A stretch of 64,000 bases of DNA from Patescibacteria group bacterium (lineage in GTDB: Bacteria > Patescibacteriota > WWE3 > UBA101185 > UBA10185): contig JBMORU010000001.1 in the NCBI GenBank assembly GCA_049322215.1, positions 260,023 to 324,022 of the forward strand, written 5' to 3'. The notes under the pieces were generated by a model, which had not been told where the DNA came from, made no database searches, and worked only from the letters and a program-made list of their open reading frames with translations. Shown piece by piece: positions 38,467-48,410 of this stretch; the stretch's first letter is position 1, and each line of letters begins with the position of its first letter. The position numbers and the translations under genes are program-made.

Positions 38467-41331
38467 ATGTCCAAAGAAAAAATACTGTTAAACGAGTCAC
38501 AAAAAAAGGCAGTTGAATACTCTAATGGTGCCTTGCTGGTTGTAGCTGGTGCTGGAACAGGTAAAACTAGAGTTATTGCTCAAAGAGTTAAGAGTTTGAT
38601 TCATGATAAAAAGGTTAACCCACAGGGTATACTAGCCCTAACTTTCACAGAAAAGGCATCTCAAGAAATGCTAGAGCGCGTAGATGATGTAATGCCGTTA
38701 GGATACGAAGAGCCTTGGATATATACTTTTCACTCATTTGCAGACAGACTTTTGCGTAGCGAAGGTTTAGAAATAGGTTTAGACCCAAGTTATAAAATAC
38801 TTTCCGGACCGGAACAGTGGTTATTGCTAAGAAAGCACCTGTTTAAATTTGATTTAGATTATTTTAGGCCTTTAGGAAACCCCACTAAATTTATTTCTGC
38901 AATATTAAGCTTCATTTCACGCTTACAAGATGAAAATATATCGGCTAAGGAGTTTTCTGATTTTGCAGAAAAGTTTGTAGGTGAGGATACAGAGATACAA
39001 CGATGGCAAGAATTAGCCTCGATATACTTAGGTTATGAAAAACTTAAGCTAGAGCAGTCAAGGTTGGATTTTGGGGATTTAATAATGTGGGCAATTAAAC
39101 TATTTAATCAGCGTCCTAATTTATTAATCAAATATCAGAATCTTTTTAAACACACTATGGTTGATGAGTTTCAAGACACTAATCATGCGCAGTACGAACT
39201 TATTAAGCTGCTTTGTCCCTCAGATAAATTACAAGACAGAAGTTTGCTTGTTGTAGGTGATGACTCCCAATCTATATATAAGTTTAGAGGTGCTGCTATT
39301 TCTAACATCCTCGAATTTCAGGCAGACTATCCAAAGGCAGAAATGGTAACACTATTAGATAATTATCGCTCCTCTCAAAAAATTTTAGATCCGGCGTATA
39401 CCCTAATTCAAAATAATAATCCTGATACTTTAGAAACTAAGCTAGGTATTTCTAAAGAACTTGTAAGTAAAATTGATAACACAGCCTGTCCTGCACCTCA
39501 AATAATTCAGCTTGATACTATCGAAGATGAGGTTGAGTTTGTACTTAATAAGATTTTGGAATTACTCGGAAAAGAAGCCAACTACACCTACAAAGACTTT
39601 GCAATTCTCGCCAGAGCAAATGGTCATTTAGAGCCTTTTGTTATGGCTTTACGTAAATATGGCTTACCTTATCAATTAGTTGGTAATAGGGGCCTATACG
39701 ACAGAGATGAAGTTCGAGACATAATTGCTTTATTAAAAGTGTTGCTTAATCCTTCTGACACTATTTCTTTGTATCGCGTTTTAAACATTGAAACACTAAA
39801 TATTAGTACCGAAGTAATTTCAGATTTTTTGGCATCTTCCAGAGTTCAAAAAATACCATTATGGGAATTAATAAAAGCTTCTTCAGAAACTTCTGTACAA
39901 AGCTTATTAGACACGCTCAAAACCTATCAAGACCGTATTACAAAAATGACTCCTACCGATACTGTTTATCAACTTACTAATGCAATTGGTTACTTAAAAC
40001 AGTTTACACAAGAAGATACTGTTGAAAATCAGTTATGCATAAGAAATCTCGATTTATTTTTAAATATAGTTAAAAAGTTTGAAGTGAGTTATCGCCAAGA
40101 TACAAAAGAAATACCAACAATAATAGACTTTGTTGATTATTTAGACTTAATTATTGAGGCAGGCGATAATCCTGCACAAGCAGAAATACAAGATATAGAC
40201 ACTATTAACTTGCTTACGGTACATGCAAGTAAAGGGTTAGAGTTTCCTGTGGTTTTTATAGTTAATTTAGTGGGCGACAGATTTCCTACAAGAAATAGAA
40301 AAGATATGATTGAGATTCCAGAAGCTGTTATTAAGGAATCTCTTCCTACGGGAAATGCGCATATTCAAGAAGAAAGACGTTTGTTTTACGTTGGTATTAC
40401 TAGAGCCAGAAAACATTTGTACATGACTTTAGCAAAAAATTATGGTGGTAAGCGAGACAAAGTTCCAAGCGGGTTTTTGCAGGAGACGGGTTTAAACATG
40501 ATTGAGGCTGAATTTATAGATAAAAGTAACACTGCAAACCAAATAGGCATATTTGGATTAGAATCAGGTTATCGCGAACCCAAAGCTGAAAAAATAACAA
40601 ACTTTAGTCCTAAGTTTTTAAGCTACTCTCAAATTGCAACTTATGAAACATGCCCACTTCAGTATAAATATTCTTATGTTTTAAATATTCCTTCTGCACC
40701 AAACCATGCACTTAGCTTTGGAATTACACTTCATGATACTTTACGTGATTTCCACGCATCTTTAATGTTTGATCAGCCAGTTTCTTTAGAGGATGTGTAT
40801 CAAATGTACGAACGCAACTGGCAACCTTTGGGTTATTTAGACTCTGAACATAGAGAAATGCGCTATAACAGTGGAAAATCTTTGCTTGCAGATTACTACA
40901 ATAAAAATATAAACACTAAAATCAAACCCGTAGGTTTGGAAAAATCATTTAACATTTGGATGGGTGGAATAAAGTTTTATGGAAAAATTGACCGAATTGA
41001 CCCCTTGCCTGATGGTGGTGTTGAAATAATTGACTACAAAACTGGTAGTTTAAAAGATCAAAAACACGTAGATAAAGATTCTCAAGTTGCTTTTTACGCT
41101 TTAGGAGCAAAAGAAGCTTTAGGTTTAAATCCAAAAAAACTAACATATTACTACGTTGAAGCAGGGGAAAAACTTAGCACCGAAAGAACCGATGTCCAAC
41201 TTGAAAAGCAAAAGTTAAAAGTTGTAGAAACTGTGGAAAAAATAAAAGAAGGTGACTTTAATCCAAAACCCGGCATGCACTGTAACTGGTGCGACTACAA
41301 AGATATTTGTCCTCATGCCTATAAAGGTTAA
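38467..41331 (+). CDS. UvrD/PcrA-family helicase fused to C-terminal Cas4/AddB-type PD-(D/E)XK nuclease with 4-Cys cluster
   Basis: AGAGTGKTRV Walker A and helicase motifs; C-terminus CPLQY...VEIIDYKTG...QVAFYALG...CNWCDYKDIC; start at the in-frame Met (ORF is open from 38359). Confidence 0.85.
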   Translation: MSKEKILLNESQKKAVEYSNGALLVVAGAGTGKTRVIAQRVKSLIHDKKVNPQGILALTFTEKASQEMLERVDDVMPLGYEEPWIYTFHSFADRLLRSEGLEIGLDPSYKILSGPEQWLLLRKHLFKFDLDYFRPLGNPTKFISAILSFISRLQDENISAKEFSDFAEKFVGEDTEIQRWQELASIYLGYEKLKLEQSRLDFGDLIMWAIKLFNQRPNLLIKYQNLFKHTMVDEFQDTNHAQYELIKLLCPSDKLQDRSLLVVGDDSQSIYKFRGAAISNILEFQADYPKAEMVTLLDNYRSSQKILDPAYTLIQNNNPDTLETKLGISKELVSKIDNTACPAPQIIQLDTIEDEVEFVLNKILELLGKEANYTYKDFAILARANGHLEPFVMALRKYGLPYQLVGNRGLYDRDEVRDIIALLKVLLNPSDTISLYRVLNIETLNISTEVISDFLASSRVQKIPLWELIKASSETSVQSLLDTLKTYQDRITKMTPTDTVYQLTNAIGYLKQFTQEDTVENQLCIRNLDLFLNIVKKFEVSYRQDTKEIPTIIDFVDYLDLIIEAGDNPAQAEIQDIDTINLLTVHASKGLEFPVVFIVNLVGDRFPTRNRKDMIEIPEAVIKESLPTGNAHIQEERRLFYVGITRARKHLYMTLAKNYGGKRDKVPSGFLQETGLNMIEAEFIDKSNTANQIGIFGLESGYREPKAEKITNFSPKFLSYSQIATYETCPLQYKYSYVLNIPSAPNHALSFGITLHDTLRDFHASLMFDQPVSLEDVYQMYERNWQPLGYLDSEHREMRYNSGKSLLADYYNKNINTKIKPVGLEKSFNIWMGGIKFYGKIDRIDPLPDGGVEIIDYKTGSLKDQKHVDKDSQVAFYALGAKEALGLNPKKLTYYYVEAGEKLSTERTDVQLEKQKLKVVETVEKIKEGDFNPKPGMHCNWCDYKDICPHAYKG

Positions 41332-41410
41332 TTATATTTAAAAAGCAAAAAAAAGGCCTTAGCTAATGAAGTGGTTTTATTTGTCCATTTCATTAACTAA
41401 AGCTTTAGGT

Positions 41411-41623
41411 TTAGGCGTACACCGGTTGTGTTTCAACAATTTCGGTTGCCAGATTGCTCAGCAGGGTCAGAAAATCTGGTTCGGGGTCTTGTCCGGGAAC
41501 TACCATAAACGAGCCTTCATCATCTATCACTATCTCGTTTTGTGAAAGTCCAAACAAGCGCTTGAACATTTGAACCAACGTCTCTGCATCTTCCAGGCTT
41601 TTGCAATAAAAAATGTACGACAT
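41411..41623 (-). CDS. Hypothetical small protein (GC-elevated)
   Basis: 70-aa ORF; local GC higher than the flanks. Confidence 0.35.
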   Translation of the reverse strand: MSYIFYCKSLEDAETLVQMFKRLFGLSQNEIVIDDEGSFMVVPGQDPEPDFLTLLSNLATEIVETQPVYA

Positions 41624-41811
41624 GATTATCTCCTTATTTGTGATCTGATATCTGGTATTCTCCTATTATAAACCTATAGTACAGATTTGGCAATATACTA
41701 ATATTGGTACTGCACATAATAGCACGTCAAAAAAGGGATCTCCATAAAAAAACAGCCTTGTAATACAAAAGATATAAAATCCATGTACTACAAAGCTGTA
41801 TTTACTTGACT

Positions 41812-42354
41812 TTAACCGTATGCGCTCCATTTGCGGTTAAGCCACCATGCTTCAAAAAAGCCCATTTCTGTCTCATCCGCGTCTGCTTTGATTTTAAAGC
41901 TTGCTGCAAAACGGCCGTAGAGTATGTTTTTAAATGTAATATGCCGTTTTTTCGGAAGTCTGAACTTTGCTTTTACTTCTCCAGTCTTTGTATTACCTGA
42001 AGTTTGCATACACCCGGGCATTTTGCCAAGATAGCTGGTGACAGAACGCAACTGATTCTGTGGAACACCTGTTAAGGTTACATATACCTGTAAAGGTGCC
42101 TTGTCGCCATCTACCCATTTGCCATTTACTTCGTGCTTTTCTCCAGTACGTTTAACGGACGTGATGAATTTGTAAACCTCGCTTTTTTCAACTTGCGCTT
42201 GAAAACCCGAGGCAGCCCGCTCTACTACCTTTACGGTAATTTTACGTCCTGAAAAAACAATTTGGGTAACTCCGCTAATGTGACTTAGCTGTGTAACAAC
42301 CGCACTGGTGGTTGCCTTGTTGTTAACTATAATCTCGAAAGTCTCAGCTTTCAT
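41812..42354 (-). CDS. Hypothetical protein (GC-elevated)
   Basis: 180-aa ORF; ~47% GC by eye. Confidence 0.45.
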   Translation of the reverse strand: MKAETFEIIVNNKATTSAVVTQLSHISGVTQIVFSGRKITVKVVERAASGFQAQVEKSEVYKFITSVKRTGEKHEVNGKWVDGDKAPLQVYVTLTGVPQNQLRSVTSYLGKMPGCMQTSGNTKTGEVKAKFRLPKKRHITFKNILYGRFAASFKIKADADETEMGFFEAWWLNRKWSAYG

Positions 42355-42459
42355 TGGTTCTACTCCTTATGTGATTTTATTTGTAGCTAAAAATAACTGG
42401 CATAATTATAACGCTACTTTGGATAAATTGCTATAGGATAAGTGTAAAGCTCTTATATT

Positions 42460-43065
42460 TTATACAACGTAAACGAAAATATCATCTACAATTTTTACAG
42501 GCTCTAAATTTGGAAACTTAAATTTATTTGAAATAATTTTTGTACCTGGCTTTAGCTCTTTTAGTAGCTTTTTTTCTAGCTTTTCCATAATGTAAGGAAT
42601 ACCAAATAAGGTAATTACGTTGTATTCACTTAAGGTTACATCCCAATAGCTTTGTTTGTGTATTGTGGCCTTGTTTCCTAAAAATCTAAGCTTAACTCGT
42701 ATTTTTGATATGAGAGCTAAGTAAGGATCTATTTCGTAACCATGAACTTCAGCACCTTTTTTTGCCATAGATATAACTACTTTTCCGTCTCCAGACCCTA
42801 AATCAGCTATTTTCATGCCACTTTTAGGTTCTGCCAGTTTAACCATTTTTTTTACTGTTTTGTTTTCGCTTGGTACATAGTAAGCTCCAAAACCTACGTT
42901 TTTAAAATAGTGCCTCGTCCATATATCGCCTACTATTGTTACTGTAGTCATAATAAGCACAAAAGCAGCTATCAAGTATGTTACGTTAGCTTGTGGGTTG
43001 TAAGTGACATAAATTCCAAACAATAGTGAAACAAATAGTCCAATACCTGTGGTTATTTTATACAT
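42460..43065 (-). CDS. Membrane-anchored class I SAM-dependent methyltransferase
   Basis: Two N-terminal TM segments plus DLGSGDGKVV SAM-binding motif I. Confidence 0.7.
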   Translation of the reverse strand: MYKITTGIGLFVSLLFGIYVTYNPQANVTYLIAAFVLIMTTVTIVGDIWTRHYFKNVGFGAYYVPSENKTVKKMVKLAEPKSGMKIADLGSGDGKVVISMAKKGAEVHGYEIDPYLALISKIRVKLRFLGNKATIHKQSYWDVTLSEYNVITLFGIPYIMEKLEKKLLKELKPGTKIISNKFKFPNLEPVKIVDDIFVYVV

Positions 43066-43085
43066 ATTAAAAGTATAGCACTCGA

Positions 43086-44024
43086 CTATAGCGGAATAGT
43101 TTTTGTGAATTTGTAAGAATACTTTAGAAAATTACTGGTTATTTTTACGTACGGTTGTGGAAACTCTACTCTAATTCCTCCAAATTTTTCTTTAAAGTAC
43201 GATAAGCCTTCCCAACCTTTTGTTGCGTTAGGAAATCTTTCATCAAACACGCCGTCAAAGTCAATAAACTCGTATCCTTCGTTTTTAAGAAACATCAGAG
43301 TGTCCCATATTAATGTGTAACCAAGTTTGTTTTTTCTACCTCTGTTTGCTGTTCCACCATGTAAATACCAAACAGAATTTTTATATCCCAAATAAAACTT
43401 TGAAACATTTATTTGTCCTTCGAGGTCTTTTACCATTGTCACTATAGCTTTTTCTTTAAACAAGTCTCTTTTTATTTTCATGTCCTCAAAATTTTGAACA
43501 TAAAAATGTCGTGCTTTACTTGCTTCAAGTTGAATATCATGAAACTGCTTTAATATTTCATCATTAGGATTTTTATATATTTCTACAATAGCTCCCTCAC
43601 GCCTTCCTCTATTTATTCCATATCTGCCACTTTTAGTCACTTCTTTCCACAAAACATCTTTAGGTTTTTTTAAATCTATTATCAATGTAGATGGCGGGGA
43701 AATTGGAGCATAGCTAGGCATATACCCGTTTTGCTTTAACAATTTAATGTTTTGTTTAAGTGTAGGCTCTATTTTTATAAATAAAGCTTTATGTTTAAGG
43801 CAAATTTCTTCTATTTCATGCAAGTCTTGCTGATTAAGAGCATGTGGTCTTTGTATTTTCACTAAACTCCATAATAAATATGGTTTAATTTCTATGTTTA
43901 CTCCAGTAGAAGTTCTATACGAGACCCACCCGTACTTAGTTAGGTATTTAGCCCATTTTTTTGATTGTCTAAAATCAGGAATAGTTTTATATGTTTTTAT
44001 TTTATTGCTCTTAATAGTTTCCAT
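43086..44024 (-). CDS. FemAB-family peptidoglycan cross-bridge aminoacyltransferase, paralog 2
   Basis: FemAB-like length and C-terminal ..YFKEKFGG motif. Confidence 0.8.
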   Translation of the reverse strand: METIKSNKIKTYKTIPDFRQSKKWAKYLTKYGWVSYRTSTGVNIEIKPYLLWSLVKIQRPHALNQQDLHEIEEICLKHKALFIKIEPTLKQNIKLLKQNGYMPSYAPISPPSTLIIDLKKPKDVLWKEVTKSGRYGINRGRREGAIVEIYKNPNDEILKQFHDIQLEASKARHFYVQNFEDMKIKRDLFKEKAIVTMVKDLEGQINVSKFYLGYKNSVWYLHGGTANRGRKNKLGYTLIWDTLMFLKNEGYEFIDFDGVFDERFPNATKGWEGLSYFKEKFGGIRVEFPQPYVKITSNFLKYSYKFTKTIPL

Positions 44025-44932
44025 CGTAGTGTGTTTAAAGTATTAAAACTGTAGTAGAGAATTGGATTAAGTACAAGATCATAAGAACTCATGTACTCAA
44101 CATGGTTTCCTCCAAATTTTAGTTTAAAGTTTGTAAAACCAAACTCGGGATCTTGCTCGTCATTTGGGTCTTTTGCTGCTCCCCACATATCAAATAGTTT
44201 GCAGTTTTTCGATTTACCAAACTTTATAGCTTCCCAACCTATTAGGCTACTTCCTTGTAAATTTCTATGTTTATCTGAAGAGCCTCCATATGGGTAATAC
44301 AAAACATTTTCGTAAGTAAATAACATCCATGCAGCTAAGGGCTCATTTTTATACTCTGTAAAAACTATATGACACATTCCTTTTGGTGTTAAAAGTTCCC
44401 ATATTTTTTCGTAATATTTTTTTGGATGTATGTGATATTTTTGTCTGTCTGCAGTTTCTTTAAATAAATTAAAAAAGGTTTCAAAATCTTTTTTACTAAT
44501 GCCAACGCGGCCTATCACACCCTTTTTTTGTGCGTACTTAATATTGTATCTATGTTTTTTATGCATATTTTCAAGTAGTTCGTTTTCTGAAGTTGTTAAA
44601 TCTAAAAGAATGTTGTATTTAGTAAAAGTATTTTTATGTGCTTTTTTGCATCTTTCTTCAAAAATGTCTTTAGCCTGTTTTTCTTCAGCAGAGCCTTTTA
44701 TTACATTGGGAGCATCAAAGTTTATTGCAAAGCAGTTGTGTGCTTTTAGCGACTGCATTAATTTTTCCCAGTTTATATTTTTAGGATTAACTTTTGGGGC
44801 GTATGCGTAATTGAAATATGTATAAGGTAACCTGTGCAGTGTGTATTGTACTCCACCAACTCTTATTGCTTTTGTTCCATATTTTGTTTTGAACTCACCC
44901 CATTCAGGGGATTGCACCACATGCGTAGTCAT
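43997..44932 (-). CDS. FemAB-family peptidoglycan cross-bridge aminoacyltransferase, paralog 1
   Basis: ..TNFKLKFGGNHVEY motif; overlaps paralog 2 by 28 bp. Confidence 0.8.
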   Translation of the reverse strand: MTTHVVQSPEWGEFKTKYGTKAIRVGGVQYTLHRLPYTYFNYAYAPKVNPKNINWEKLMQSLKAHNCFAINFDAPNVIKGSAEEKQAKDIFEERCKKAHKNTFTKYNILLDLTTSENELLENMHKKHRYNIKYAQKKGVIGRVGISKKDFETFFNLFKETADRQKYHIHPKKYYEKIWELLTPKGMCHIVFTEYKNEPLAAWMLFTYENVLYYPYGGSSDKHRNLQGSSLIGWEAIKFGKSKNCKLFDMWGAAKDPNDEQDPEFGFTNFKLKFGGNHVEYMSSYDLVLNPILYYSFNTLNTLRWKLLRAIK

Positions 44933-45131
44933 GCGCCGATTATATCAGTTAATTGACCTTTTAATTTAGTTAAGATATTCTGATTAAGATCATTAAGGGA
45001 ATCCGTCCGCGGGGATGGGGTGATGGAGACTTAAGCTTGACTAAATTCCCTGACTTTATATAAAAGTTGTCGGGCTTAACAAAGAGGCCCGTGATGAGCG
45101 AAAATGGCCCAGCACGGGCTTCAATCTACTT

Positions 45132-45863
45132 ATGACTAAAAGTAAATTCATAATTTTTGCGTTAATAGCAGTTTTAGTAGTTGGAGGAATTAGTTCTTAC
45201 TTTTTAGGTGAGCCTAATGTTTCTCAAACTCCACAGCAAAGTGTTAAATTTGCAGAATTAGCTGGTACAACAGAACCAGCTTCCAAACCTGCAGTTATGG
45301 AGGAAACAAAAATGACAAATCCCGCAGACAAAAATGGTATGTATTCAAAAGCACCGGAAATGACGCTTGAAGAGGGAAAAAATTATAAAGCGCTAATGAA
45401 AACCTCTTTAGGAACAATAACAATAGATTTATACGAAGAATTAATGCCTATTACCGTTAATAATTTTGTATTTTTAGCTAACGAAGGTTATTACAACGGC
45501 GTTATATTTCATAGGGTAATTGATGGTTTTATGATTCAAGGTGGAGATCCTTCGGGTACTGGACGCGGTGGCCCTGGATATGCCATTGCTGATGAATTTA
45601 AAGAGGGTTCTACAAATGTACGTGGAACAATTTCAATGGCCAATGCAGGTCCCAACAGCGGAGGTAGTCAGTTTTTTATAAATCTTGTAGATAACACGCG
45701 TTTAGATTGGGACAAGGAGCCTTCCTCAAGTAAACACCCTGTTTTTGGTATAGTAACTGAAGGAATGTCTGTAGTAGATGCAATTGGAAACGTTCAAACC
45801 GCAGGTGCCGATAGGCCAGTAACAGACGTAGTCATTGAAAATGTTGAAATAGTTACTGAGTAG
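45132..45863 (+). CDS. ppiB: Cyclophilin-type peptidyl-prolyl cis-trans isomerase, membrane-anchored
   Basis: FHRVIDGFMIQGGDP..GTGRGGPGY cyclophilin signature; N-terminal TM. Confidence 0.95.
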   Translation: MTKSKFIIFALIAVLVVGGISSYFLGEPNVSQTPQQSVKFAELAGTTEPASKPAVMEETKMTNPADKNGMYSKAPEMTLEEGKNYKALMKTSLGTITIDLYEELMPITVNNFVFLANEGYYNGVIFHRVIDGFMIQGGDPSGTGRGGPGYAIADEFKEGSTNVRGTISMANAGPNSGGSQFFINLVDNTRLDWDKEPSSSKHPVFGIVTEGMSVVDAIGNVQTAGADRPVTDVVIENVEIVTE

Positions 45864-46640
45864 TTATTCTTCGGGTAACCGTTCTTTAAGTTTGTTAAAC
45901 ATGCTTAGCCAATCCGGGGCATCGTAATCTTGCGCTCTTTTTGCAGGGTCAATATTTCCCAATGTACATTCCTCATTTGAAAATACTTTATTAAGCATTT
46001 TCCGCGGATTTGAATAAGCACGCCTTAGAAACCCTTTATATTTTTTGAAATCACTGTTTAATGGACTGTCTGCTTTTTTTGTAAATTTTATTATAAAGCC
46101 ATCAACTTGAGGTTCTGGACTAAATAAACTTTTTGGAACAATTTGTATCATTTCCACATTGTAAAAGCTTTGTACATAAGCCGATATAAATGTACTATCT
46201 GGAGCCCTACTTTCGATTTTTTCCGCAACTTCCTTTTGTATTAAAATCACAACTCTTTCTGCTAACTGATCTTTTTCTAAAATCGTGTGGATTATTTTTG
46301 TAGTAATGTAATAGGGGAGCGATCCTATTATTTTGTATGAACCTTTTGGTTCGAATTTAGGTAACCACTCTAAAATATCTGAAAGTATTATATGTACATT
46401 CATATCTTCTAAATACATTTCCCCAAGCTTTGCTGTAAATCTATCGTCTATTTCTACTGCATAAAGTTGGTTTTTTTGGTCGAATATATTTTGAACTAGT
46501 TTTTCGGTAACCGCGCCTAAACCAGGGCCAATTTCTACAATTGTGTCATTGGGTTGTATATCAAGATGTTGAATAAATTTATTTATTACTGTGAAATCTT
46601 CTAAAAAGTTTTGTCCTAACTCTTTTTTAGGTTCATACAT
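45864..46640 (-). CDS. rsmA: 16S rRNA (adenine1518/1519-N6)-dimethyltransferase
   Basis: LGQNFLED...VEIGPGLGAVT KsgA motifs. Confidence 0.9.
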   Translation of the reverse strand: MYEPKKELGQNFLEDFTVINKFIQHLDIQPNDTIVEIGPGLGAVTEKLVQNIFDQKNQLYAVEIDDRFTAKLGEMYLEDMNVHIILSDILEWLPKFEPKGSYKIIGSLPYYITTKIIHTILEKDQLAERVVILIQKEVAEKIESRAPDSTFISAYVQSFYNVEMIQIVPKSLFSPEPQVDGFIIKFTKKADSPLNSDFKKYKGFLRRAYSNPRKMLNKVFSNEECTLGNIDPAKRAQDYDAPDWLSMFNKLKERLPEE

Positions 46641-46701
46641 GTATTGATTTTAGCAGAAGCGTAAAATAATGGCTTTGCAAAAGGCATAGTATAATTCACA
46701 A

Positions 46702-47166
46702 ATGATATCAGTGGCATTAGAAAACATACGGAGTACGTATAATGTTGGAGCAATTTTAAGAACCAGCAGTTTTTTTGGAATAAAACAAGTAATTTTAATT
46801 GGCTATAGTGGAGTTGTTGTACTTCCCAATGGTAAAAGAGTTTTGCATCCGAAAGTAACAAAAACAGCATTAGGGTCTGAAAAAGATTTAGAAGTTGTTT
46901 TTTTTGAAAATTCAGAAGAATTTGTAAGGTATTGCCATAATCAAGCAAAAAATATTATTTCAATTGAGCAGAGTCAAAATAGTAATTCAATTAAAAATTG
47001 GCAACCAAAGGAAAATGACGTTGTAGTTTTTGGCAATGAAGTTGACGGTTTGTCGAATTATTTAATGCAAAATTCTAGTGCTTTAGTAGAAATCCCTCGC
47101 CTTGGAAAGCACCATTCTCTAAATGTTACTACAGCCTGTGGGATTGTATTAAGTAAGTTACTTTAA
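46702..47166 (+). CDS. SpoU-family RNA 2'-O-methyltransferase (TrmH/TrmL-like)
   Basis: NVGAILRTS, VFGNEVDGLS and C-terminal SLNVTTACGIVL SPOUT motifs. Confidence 0.85.
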   Translation: MISVALENIRSTYNVGAILRTSSFFGIKQVILIGYSGVVVLPNGKRVLHPKVTKTALGSEKDLEVVFFENSEEFVRYCHNQAKNIISIEQSQNSNSIKNWQPKENDVVVFGNEVDGLSNYLMQNSSALVEIPRLGKHHSLNVTTACGIVLSKLL

Positions 47167-47220
47167 AGGTAAGTGCTCTTTTTTAACGCTATGCTAAAAA
47201 AGAGGCACTTATTGTTTAAA

Positions 47221-47517
47221 TTACCAAAGATCTGGCAAATTCATTGAGCACGCTATTTGGTAACCTAAGTAGGCCACAAGTATGTATAGCAAAGCCCCTA
47301 TTACCATCCAGCCCGAACTTCCAAAAGCCATTTGCACACTTAAAAAAGTGCTGAATGCACCTATTCCCATTGCATAACGTGCTGGTTTTGCATACTTTTC
47401 GTCGGCCCAACCTGTATTTTTATTTGGTTTTTTCCCTACAAGGTAACCAAATGCAATTACAGTGATTAGGCATAACATGCTGACTCCCGGCAGTCCAAAC
47501 TCTTTTAAGAATTCCAT
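47221..47517 (-). CDS. Small membrane protein
   Basis: 98-aa ORF with 3 TM segments. Confidence 0.4.
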   Translation of the reverse strand: MEFLKEFGLPGVSMLCLITVIAFGYLVGKKPNKNTGWADEKYAKPARYAMGIGAFSTFLSVQMAFGSSGWMVIGALLYILVAYLGYQIACSMNLPDLW

Positions 47518-47587
47518 ATGCAGTCTCCTTTATATTGGTGTTTGCGATTTCCAAATCTTATCAAACTAGCCTTTACGTGTCTATTTA

Positions 47588-48304
47588 TTATTCTGGTGCG
47601 TTTGTGAGCAAGTATACTTCAGCAGGACCTGTTCTCCAATCTCCCTGTGCCGCATTTTCGTAACCCAAGTCAATTTTGTTCCCTTTTATGGCACCTCCTA
47701 TATCTTCGGCACGGCAAAAGCCATATCCCGGAATGTACATGTTTGTTCCCAAAGGTATCACTGTTGGGTCAGTAGCGCACACCCCTTTTTTAACTTCTGT
47801 TCCACTGTATGTTCTTCCTGTACATCCTATGCAGTTTGCATCGTACTTTGTAGCCCATACATCTAGTTTGTGCCAATAACGAACTCTACCTAAGTCTGGA
47901 GTAGGTAAAAGTCTCCATACAATTTTAGTGCCTTTAGCAATTACTTCAGTGGTAGGGTCTTCAATTTCGGTTTTTTTAAGCTGTTTGTCTATTGTTTCTT
48001 CTTGCCAGTACGTTAAAAGATACGTTTTAGTTTTTAAACCTGTTTTGCCCTCTTTTATACGCTCTTCAGTTCCATACTCTAGTTCGTCTGTTTTTTCATA
48101 TGTTGTTTCATATGGAATATCTTCGTACTCTATTATTTCTTTTTGATCAAATGCCGTAGTGGTTTGAATTTTCGTTACATTTGAGGTGATTTCTGGTGTG
48201 CTCATTGTAGTAGTTGCTCCCAAAACGTTGTGGTTAACAGGTTTGTAAAAATTTATAAATATTGTACCCAGCAGTAAAGTTGTACTTAAAATACGTTTTT
48301 TCAT
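47588..48304 (-). CDS. Secreted G5- and 3D-domain protein (YabE/RpfB-like cell-wall protein)
   Basis: Signal peptide; G5-like stretch; C-terminal 3D-domain pattern (..CATDPTVIPLGT..IDLGYENAAQGDW..). Confidence 0.65.
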   Translation of the reverse strand: MKKRILSTTLLLGTIFINFYKPVNHNVLGATTTMSTPEITSNVTKIQTTTAFDQKEIIEYEDIPYETTYEKTDELEYGTEERIKEGKTGLKTKTYLLTYWQEETIDKQLKKTEIEDPTTEVIAKGTKIVWRLLPTPDLGRVRYWHKLDVWATKYDANCIGCTGRTYSGTEVKKGVCATDPTVIPLGTNMYIPGYGFCRAEDIGGAIKGNKIDLGYENAAQGDWRTGPAEVYLLTNAPE

Positions 48305-48410
48305 TGCGTATATGTTATTTTAGCAAATGGCTCTGTTGACACTATAGGTCATTAGGAATATAATTGTAGAATCATAACCAGATCAGGTTATCACAAATAA
48401 GGAGATAATC

